Assembly (NCBI GenBank): GCA_903861185.1
Contig: CAIOTK010000429.1
Span: 4,099 to 68,098, forward strand
Direction: 5' to 3'
Length of the DNA: 64,000 nucleotides
Origin: an uncultured Opitutia bacterium
GTDB lineage: Bacteria; Verrucomicrobiota; Verrucomicrobiia; Opitutales; Opitutaceae
Both the position numbers and the translations under genes were made by a program. This document shows, piece after piece, positions 46,819 to 53,371 of this stretch. Under the pieces are notes generated by a model. That model was not told the DNA's origin. It made no database searches and saw only the letters and a program-made list of their open reading frames with translations. Numbering within the stretch: position 1 is the first letter of the stretch; every line of letters starts with the position of its first letter.

Positions 46819-48330
46819 ATGGAACACATGCGTGGGGCGGAAGCCCCGGTCTCGCGGTTCAAGGTCTCGGCCAAGGTGAAGACGTTTGTCCTCGATACAA
46901 ACGTCCTCCTCCACGATCCCCAGTGCATCCTGAAATTTCAGGATAACAACTTGGCGATCCCGGTGGAAGTCCTCGAGGAACTCGACGCCATCAAAGGCGA
47001 ACAGTCCACGGAGCGCGGCCGCAACGCGCGGCGCGTGCACCGGATGCTCCAGGAACTGCTCCCCGACACCCGCTCGATGCACGAGGGCGTCGAGCTCGAG
47101 ACTGGCGGCACGCTCTCGATCATCATCAACCCGTACCTGCTCAACCCAGGACACTGGTCGCCGGCGATGGACCGGCTGCGGGCAATTTTGCCCGACTTGA
47201 CCAAGAAGGATAACCGCATCCTCGCCTGCGCGCTCTTCGTGCAGGAGCGCTTCCCACCCCCGACGATCCTGGTGACAAAGGACGTCAACGTGCAGCTGAA
47301 GGCCCGCGCGGTTGGGCTCGAGTCCCAAGATTACCTGAACGACAAGGTCCCCGCGTCCGACGACGAGGCGAGCTACCGCGAGGTGGCGCTCGACCAGTAC
47401 GAGTTGCAGCGCTTCTGCTCCGAGGGCGCGTACACGCTGTCGGCCTCCGCCGGGGCGCCGCTGTTCCTGAACGAGTACGTCCTCCTGCGCTCCCCGGAGG
47501 GCAAGACGATGCCCGCCCGCCATTACGGTGAGGGCGTCCTGCGCCGGCTGAAGCTGCCTGACTTCGTGAAGGCCCCGGGCGGCATCCCCATCCGCGCGCG
47601 CAACCTGGAACAACAGTTCCTGATGGACGCCCTGCTCGACGAGAGCCTCTCGCTCATCACCTGCTTCGGGAAGGCGGGCACCGGCAAGACGTTGCTGTCC
47701 ACCGCGTGCGCCCTGCACCAGCTGCAGGATGAACATTGCCGGTACGACGGCCTGTCCATTTCCCGCCCCATCATCAGCCTCGGCAAGGACCTCGGTTTCC
47801 TCCCCGGTTCTCTGGAGGAGAAGATGCGCCCGTGGTTGCAGCCCTACCACGATGCGCTGGAGGTTCTGATCCCCTCGAAGCCCCCCAAGGAGCCGCAGTT
47901 CGCCGCCAAGAAGGTGGCGCGGCCGAAGGGCAAACGGCAGAATCTCCCGCCAGCCCCCATCCCGGCGCCGACCGGTGCGCCGGGCGCGGCCCTGAAGCCC
48001 TACGAGCGTTTGCTGCGGAGCGGGCTGGTGGAGATCGAGGCGCTCGCCTTCATCCGCGGCCGCTCGATCGCACGGCGCTTCTTCATCCTCGACGAGGCCC
48101 AGCAGCTCACGCCTCACGAAGTGAAGACCGTCATCACCCGCATCAGCGAGGGCTCCAAGATTGTGCTGATCGGCGACCCCGCGCAGATCGACAACCCGTA
48201 CGTGGATGCCCGCAGCAACGGCTTGGTGTACTGCCACAACCGGATGAAGGGCCAGCCCCTGGCGGCCCACGTGAAGCTCACCAAGGGCGAGCGCTCCCGC
48301 CTCGCCGAACTGGCCGCTGATCTGCTCTAG
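46819..48330 (+). CDS. PIN-PhoH fusion (PhoH2/YlaK family)
   Basis: PIN motif KTFVLDTNVLLHDP, DNRIL, LVTKDVN; Walker A GKAGTGKT; RGRS, ILDEAQ, GDPAQID, ERSRLAE. Start codon uncertain (46819/46825/46876). Confidence 0.9.
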   Translation: MEHMRGAEAPVSRFKVSAKVKTFVLDTNVLLHDPQCILKFQDNNLAIPVEVLEELDAIKGEQSTERGRNARRVHRMLQELLPDTRSMHEGVELETGGTLSIIINPYLLNPGHWSPAMDRLRAILPDLTKKDNRILACALFVQERFPPPTILVTKDVNVQLKARAVGLESQDYLNDKVPASDDEASYREVALDQYELQRFCSEGAYTLSASAGAPLFLNEYVLLRSPEGKTMPARHYGEGVLRRLKLPDFVKAPGGIPIRARNLEQQFLMDALLDESLSLITCFGKAGTGKTLLSTACALHQLQDEHCRYDGLSISRPIISLGKDLGFLPGSLEEKMRPWLQPYHDALEVLIPSKPPKEPQFAAKKVARPKGKRQNLPPAPIPAPTGAPGAALKPYERLLRSGLVEIEALAFIRGRSIARRFFILDEAQQLTPHEVKTVITRISEGSKIVLIGDPAQIDNPYVDARSNGLVYCHNRMKGQPLAAHVKLTKGERSRLAELAADLL

Positions 48331-48505
48331 GCGCCGAGTGGTCCAGGCGGTGGCGTCCGTCTAGGCCAACCGATCCGCACCCTTTGCGGGGGCTATGGAT
48401 CCTAATCACCTGCGCGGCAGGTGGTTGCGGTTAAGCGCGGGCTCGTCGACCGGTGCCGAAGCCCCTTCGGCGTCGAAAGCCTGCTCCTCCTATCCTCCTA
48501 GCCTT

Positions 48506-48605
48506 ATCCTTCGGTCATCCTTCGGTCATCCTTCGGTCTTCCCTAGGAAAGAAAGGGAGCTTACCTCTGAAGAACCGAAGGATAACCGAAGAATAACCGA
48601 AGGAT
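48506..48605. repeat. Long inverted repeat made of 3+3 tandem 11-mers (ATCCTTCGGTC / AACCGAAGGAT)
   Basis: Left arm 48506-48541 atccttcggtc atccttcggtc atccttcggtc ttc; right arm 48569-48605 gaag aaccgaaggat aaccgaagaat aaccgaaggat; 27-nt spacer. Confidence 0.9.
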
Positions 48606-48731
48606 TTAGGTGCGAAGAGGCTTCCCGCAACGAAGCGAGCCCGCAGGGGAAGGGAAAAGGGCAGGGCAGGGCCGGGGCGACGCGCCCCAGCTCCAACGGC
48701 CCCGTCTGCACCGCGGGAAGGAAATTGGAAC

Positions 48732-48789
48732 GCATTGGCTCGATTTAGCCGGGGCGCGCCGCCCCGGTGATTCCAGCTTAAGCCAATGC
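48732..48789. other. Nested stem-loop (9-bp outer stem, 8-bp inner stem) just downstream of the SNF2 gene
   Basis: gcattggct (48732-40) / agccaatgc (48781-89) encloses ccggggcg-cgc-cgccccgg (48749-67); both stems are perfect. Confidence 0.55.
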
Positions 48790-48826
48790 CAAAAGGCACT
48801 TCAGAACCCGCCCCCGGCCCAGCCTC

Positions 48827-51211
48827 TTACTTCGCCGCGCCCCCGAGCAGCCCGCGGAGGTCCGCTAGGCTGAGCTTAGCCGCTGCGGCGTCACTCGCCT
48901 CGAACACCTCGGCCAGCAGGGTCCGCTTCTCGTCCTGCAGCGCCAGCACCCGCTCCTCAACGGTACCGGTCGCGATGAGCTTGTAACTGGTCACGGTCCG
49001 GGTCTGCCCGATGCGGTGCGCGCGATCGGTCGCCTGCGCCTCCGCCGCCGGGTTCCACCACGGATCGAGATGCACCACAGTGTCCGCGCCCGTCAGATTA
49101 AGGCCAGTCCCGCCCGCCTTGAGGGAGAGGAGAAACACCGGGACGCCTGGGCCGGACTGGAAGCGGTCGACCTCTGCCTGCCGCTGCGCGGGGGACATCG
49201 TGCCGTCCAGCCGGCACCACGGGATGCCCTGCGCCTCCAATTCCGCCCCGACGAGGTCCAGTAGGCGCGTGAACTGCGAGAAGACGAGGAGCCGGTGCCC
49301 GTCGTCGACGGCCTCCGCGAGCAGTTCACGAAACGCGTCCAGCTTGGCGGAAACGGCCGCCGTCGGCTTCTCCGGCAAGGTGGCGACCAAGCGGGGGTCG
49401 CAACAAATCTGGCGGAGGCGCAGCAGTTGGGTGAGCGCGGCCAGCCGCAGACTTGATTCGGCCGCTCCGGCCGCCGCGAGGTCGAGCAGCTGCCGTTCGC
49501 CCTCCTGCTCCATCCGCCGGTAAAGATCGGCCTGTTCCGGGGTCAACTCGACCCACAGGACTTGCTCCAGACGCGGCGGCAACTCCGGAGCCACCGCCCG
49601 TTTGGTCCGGCGCAACAGGTAAGGCGCCGCCTGCCGGCGCAGCCGGTCGTCGTGCCACGTGCGTTCCTCCGCGCTGAGGCCGGCGGGCAGCCGGGGCAAG
49701 TAGCCGGGCAACAGGAATTCGAGGAGCGAGCGGAGGTCCGCGAGGGAGTTCTCCAGCGGGGTGCCGGTCAGGAGGAAGCGGGTGCGCGCCCGCAGGGCCC
49801 GCAACGCCGCCGCGCTCTGCGAGCGCCGGTTCTTGATGTGCTGGGCCTCGTCCGCCACGACGGCGGCGAACTCCACCGAGGAGAGCAGGTCCTGGTCCCG
49901 GGCGAGGGTGCCGTAGCTCGTGATGATCAGATCCGCCTGCGTGAGATCCGCGGCGTGGGCCACCCGGCGGGCACCGTGATGCACGCCCACCCGGAGTTCT
50001 GGGGTGAACCGCGCGGCCTCCCGGCGCCAGTTCTCCAGCAGGGAAGCCGGGCATACCACCAAGGTGGTCCCGACCGGGGTCCCCGCTGGACGGTGCAGCG
50101 CAGCCAAAAACGCGAGCGCCTGCAGGGTCTTCCCCAGGCCCATCTCGTCCGCCAAAATCCCGCCCAGCCCTTGCCGGTGGAGGTGCCACAGCCACGCCAC
50201 CCCGAGTCGCTGGTACGGGCGTAAAAGTGTGTCGAGGGCGGCCGGGACTGGCGCGGGCTCGAGGGCGGACAGCCGTTCCACCGCCCCGGTCAGGCGCTGC
50301 CAGTCCGCCGGCGGACGGAAGCCCGGCGCGAGTTCCTCGAGCAACTCCGCGACCTCAGCCACGCGGCTCCGCGGCACCCGCTGGCGCGCCACCGGGGCCA
50401 TCGCGACGCGTGGATCGCCGGCGAGCGCTTGCTGCGCTTGGGCGAGACGGCCGGTCAGCTCGGGATCGATCAGCAGCACCCGGCCCTTGGCTTCAAGGTA
50501 ACCGCGACCCGTGGCGAGGGCGGCCCGGAGCTCGGCTTCCGAGGCACCCTCCGCGGCGAGTCCTAGTTCCACGCTGAACTGATTTCCGGTGGTCTCCACG
50601 TGCGCGGCCAGGCGCGCGGGTACGAGGTGTGCGGTCTGCCGCGTAAAGGCTGGGGTGAAACGGGCGGCGAGCGCGCCGCGCAGCCGCTCGCCGTGCCGCG
50701 CGAGAAAGGAGAGCGTACGGTGCCGGTCCCGCAGCCACCAGCGCCCGTTCGAGGGCTCCAGCAAAAAGCCCGCTTCCTTCACCAGCGCGAGCGCCTCCGC
50801 GTACTGCGGATGCTCCCGCGAGGGCAGGGTCAGCGCGAGGTAGTGCTCGGTGCCGTCGACCTCGAGCGGCCGAGCGTCCTCGCCCGCTTTGCCGCGGGTG
50901 CCCCGAAGGGAGGCGGCCGGAGCCGCGGTTACGGCCGGCTCTCGTAGCAGGTCATCGTGCCGCCAGGCCACCGCAGTGCCACCCTCCACGAAAAGGCGCT
51001 GACCCGCTGCCGCACGGCTCAACTCCCCGAGCTGACGCCGGTTCAATTGCAGGACTCCCGGCGGCTGCGGCCCGCACCAGCGTTGCAACAAGGCCAGCAG
51101 CGGCAGCAGTTCCGCCGCCGGCGCGGTACTGAGATCCAGCTCCACTCGCACCGCGACCGCGTCCCGCGCGGCGGCGGCGACGAGGTTGGGCGGCAGGTGG
51201 AGGCGCAGCAT
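48827..51211 (-). CDS. SNF2-family (Swi2/Snf2) helicase-like ATPase
   Basis: LRPYQRLGVAWL, ILADEMGLGKT, LVVCPASL, VADEAQHIKN, LTGTPLEN, LVFSQF, SLKAGGTGLNLT, DPWWNPAAEAQATDRAHRIGQ. Confidence 0.94.
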   Translation of the reverse strand: MLRLHLPPNLVAAAARDAVAVRVELDLSTAPAAELLPLLALLQRWCGPQPPGVLQLNRRQLGELSRAAAGQRLFVEGGTAVAWRHDDLLREPAVTAAPAASLRGTRGKAGEDARPLEVDGTEHYLALTLPSREHPQYAEALALVKEAGFLLEPSNGRWWLRDRHRTLSFLARHGERLRGALAARFTPAFTRQTAHLVPARLAAHVETTGNQFSVELGLAAEGASEAELRAALATGRGYLEAKGRVLLIDPELTGRLAQAQQALAGDPRVAMAPVARQRVPRSRVAEVAELLEELAPGFRPPADWQRLTGAVERLSALEPAPVPAALDTLLRPYQRLGVAWLWHLHRQGLGGILADEMGLGKTLQALAFLAALHRPAGTPVGTTLVVCPASLLENWRREAARFTPELRVGVHHGARRVAHAADLTQADLIITSYGTLARDQDLLSSVEFAAVVADEAQHIKNRRSQSAAALRALRARTRFLLTGTPLENSLADLRSLLEFLLPGYLPRLPAGLSAEERTWHDDRLRRQAAPYLLRRTKRAVAPELPPRLEQVLWVELTPEQADLYRRMEQEGERQLLDLAAAGAAESSLRLAALTQLLRLRQICCDPRLVATLPEKPTAAVSAKLDAFRELLAEAVDDGHRLLVFSQFTRLLDLVGAELEAQGIPWCRLDGTMSPAQRQAEVDRFQSGPGVPVFLLSLKAGGTGLNLTGADTVVHLDPWWNPAAEAQATDRAHRIGQTRTVTSYKLIATGTVEERVLALQDEKRTLLAEVFEASDAAAAKLSLADLRGLLGGAAK

Positions 51212-51268
51212 TCTGTCAGCCAGCGAGCGACGCGAAGGCCCCGCAAGTGCTTACTGCAGGGCGACCCG

Positions 51269-51293
51269 TACCGAGGGAAAAGTTCCCTCGGTA
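51269..51293. promoter_or_regulatory. Perfect 11-bp palindrome TACCGAGGGAA-AAG-TTCCCTCGGTA in the SNF2 / SLT-like divergent region
   Basis: Read directly from the sequence; function unknown. Confidence 0.5.
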
Positions 51294-51356
51294 GCAGCAG
51301 AAAAACTTATTCACAGGATGAACCCGGCTGCTGGCGGAACGGTCTCTGCGTGCGCT

Positions 51357-51863
51357 ATGCCCAAACTCCCACCCAGCCCCGCGCGTTCGGTCTTTCAGAC
51401 CGGGCTGCGCTTGTTTGTCCTCTCGGTAGTGGTCGAATCCGTGGAGGCCTCCCCGGAGCGCGCCGTGACGCTCGAGGCGATCCGTTTGATCGAGAACCCC
51501 CGCAATGTCTCCCGGCCAGGTCCCGGCGGTGAACTAGGCCCCTGGCAGTTCAAGGCCGACACGTGGCGGATGCACACCTCCCGCCCCTTCGCAGATGCGC
51601 TCGACCGCGAGGAAGCCCTGCGGGTCGCCTGCCGCCACTACGAGTGGATCTGCCGGGGACTCGCCAAGGCGAAGAAACCGCAGGATGCCTATCACGTCGC
51701 CCTCGCGTGGAACAGCGGGCTGTACGCGGTGCTGAAGGGACAGTCCCCCGCGCGGGCCCACCGCTATGCCGAAAGGGCCGCCAATCTCGCCGAGACGCTG
51801 CGGCAAGGGCCCCTGGTCGCGGTCCACGATCCCTCCCCACCGGCCTTGGGGCGCGTGCCCTGA
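51357..51863 (+). CDS. Small lysozyme-like / lytic transglycosylase-like protein
   Basis: TLEAIRLIEN (catalytic Glu position), GELGPWQF..DTW (GxxQ motif), ALAWNSG (AYNxG-like). N-terminal hydrophobic segment. Start is ATG 51357 or 51318. Confidence 0.6.
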   Translation: MPKLPPSPARSVFQTGLRLFVLSVVVESVEASPERAVTLEAIRLIENPRNVSRPGPGGELGPWQFKADTWRMHTSRPFADALDREEALRVACRHYEWICRGLAKAKKPQDAYHVALAWNSGLYAVLKGQSPARAHRYAERAANLAETLRQGPLVAVHDPSPPALGRVP

Positions 51864-51913
51864 CGGCCAGCGAACCCGGTGCGAGGGAACCAACCTTCGC
51901 GCCGGGTCTCCCG

Positions 51914-53371
51914 TCAGGCGAAGAGCTGGTGGTTCACCTTGCCGTGGACGTCCGTCAGCCGGAAGTCCCGGCCTTGGAAGCGGAACGTGAGCCGCGTGTG
52001 ATCGAGGCCGAGCAAGTGCAGGATGGTCGCGTGCAGGTCGTGCACGTGCATCGGGTCCCGCACCGCGTTGAACCCGAGTTCATCGGTCTCGCCGATCACT
52101 TGGCCTGCCTTCGTCCCGCCACCGGCAAACCACATCGTGAACGCGTCGATGTGGTGGTTGCGTCCGGTGGTATCGCGATTTTCGCCCATTGGGGTGCGGC
52201 CGAACTCACCCCCCCAGATAACGAGGGTGTCCTGGAGCAGGCCGCGCTCCTTTAGGTCCTGCACGAGGGCGGCCTGGCCCTGGTCCACCTCGCGGCAGAC
52301 CTTCTCGAAGTCTGCCTGGAGGTTCTCTCCCGGCCCGCCGTGGCTGTCCCAATTGGTGTGGTAGAGCTGCACGAACCGCACCCCCCGCTCCACGAGGCGC
52401 CGGGCCAGGAGGCAGTTGCGCGCGAAGGACGGACGCTGGTCCTCGATGCCGTAGCTTTTCAGCGTGGCCGCGCTCTCCGCCTTGAGGTCGATCAGTTCGG
52501 GCGCGCTGGACTGCATCCGGGACGCCATCTCGTAGGCGGCGATACGGGTGGCAATCTCGGGGTCGCCGGTGGCGACGGACCGCTGCAGGTTAAGGTCGCG
52601 CAGCGCATCGAGCGCGTCCCGCTGCCCGTCCGCGGTCACCGCCGCTGGCCGGGTCAGGTTGAGGATGGGTTCCCCCGTACCCCGAAAGGGCACGCCTTGG
52701 TAGGTGGTCGGCAGGAAGCCCGACCCCCAATTGACCGCGCCGCCGCGGGGGCCGCGCGGGCCGGACTGGAGGACCACGAAGCCGGGCAGATCCTGGCACT
52801 CGCTGCCGAGGCCGTAGTTCAGCCAAGAACCCATACTGGGGCGCCCGAATTGGCCCGACCCCGTGTTCATAAAGAGCTTCGCGGGGGCGTGATTGAAGAG
52901 GGTCGCTTGGCAGGACTTCACCATCGTCAGGTCGTCGACGATCCGCGCCGTGTGCGGGAAAAGCTCGGAAACCCACATCCCACTGCGGCCGTGTTGCGCG
53001 AACTGGCGCCGCGTGCCCATCAGCCGCGTGCCGTGGCTGGAGTCCATAAAGGCGAAGCGCTTCCCCTCGATGAACGACTGCGGGATCGGTTGGCCGTTTA
53101 ACTCGGCCAGCTTCGGCTTGTAATCGAAGAGCTCCAGCTGGCTGGGCCCGCCGGCCATAAAGAGATAGATGATGTTTTTCGCGCGCGCCGGGAAGTGGGT
53201 CGGCTTCGGGGCGAGGGGACCGGCGGGTGCGGCCCCGGCCCCGCGCGCCTGGTTGAGCATTGATGCGAGGGCGATGCCCCCGAGGCCGACCGCGCAGCGG
53301 CTGAGGAAGTGGCGGCGCGTGCGGGCGGCGAGGAAGTCCGGCCAGTTCTGGGGTGTGAGGGTCGGGTTCAT
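51914..53371 (-). CDS. DUF1501 family protein with twin-arginine signal
   Basis: TRRHFLSRC, IIYLFMAGGPSQLELFDYKP, RPSMGSWLNYGLG, GVRFVQL, WDSH, WGGEFGRTP, HVHDLHATILHLLG. ATG 53371 overlaps the upstream stop (ATGA). Confidence 0.9.
   Translation of the reverse strand: MNPTLTPQNWPDFLAARTRRHFLSRCAVGLGGIALASMLNQARGAGAAPAGPLAPKPTHFPARAKNIIYLFMAGGPSQLELFDYKPKLAELNGQPIPQSFIEGKRFAFMDSSHGTRLMGTRRQFAQHGRSGMWVSELFPHTARIVDDLTMVKSCQATLFNHAPAKLFMNTGSGQFGRPSMGSWLNYGLGSECQDLPGFVVLQSGPRGPRGGAVNWGSGFLPTTYQGVPFRGTGEPILNLTRPAAVTADGQRDALDALRDLNLQRSVATGDPEIATRIAAYEMASRMQSSAPELIDLKAESAATLKSYGIEDQRPSFARNCLLARRLVERGVRFVQLYHTNWDSHGGPGENLQADFEKVCREVDQGQAALVQDLKERGLLQDTLVIWGGEFGRTPMGENRDTTGRNHHIDAFTMWFAGGGTKAGQVIGETDELGFNAVRDPMHVHDLHATILHLLGLDHTRLTFRFQGRDFRLTDVHGKVNHQLFA

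Noticed and set aside
46790-46830. Verrucomicrobial LexA box (TGTTC-N4-GAACA) upstream of mutS/phoH
   Set aside because: TGTTC and GAACA half-sites are present but about 25 nt apart, not 4.
48506-48605. Possible mini-CRISPR array
   Set aside because: The units are only 11 nt, directly abutting with no spacers, arranged as an inverted pair, and there are no cas genes.
48331-48826. RNase P RNA, tmRNA, SRP RNA or tRNA in the long intergenic region
   Set aside because: No GAGGAAAGUCC, tRNA-like ends, SRP GGAA loop motif or T-loop GTTCGA on either strand; only a short cagaaccc resemblance.
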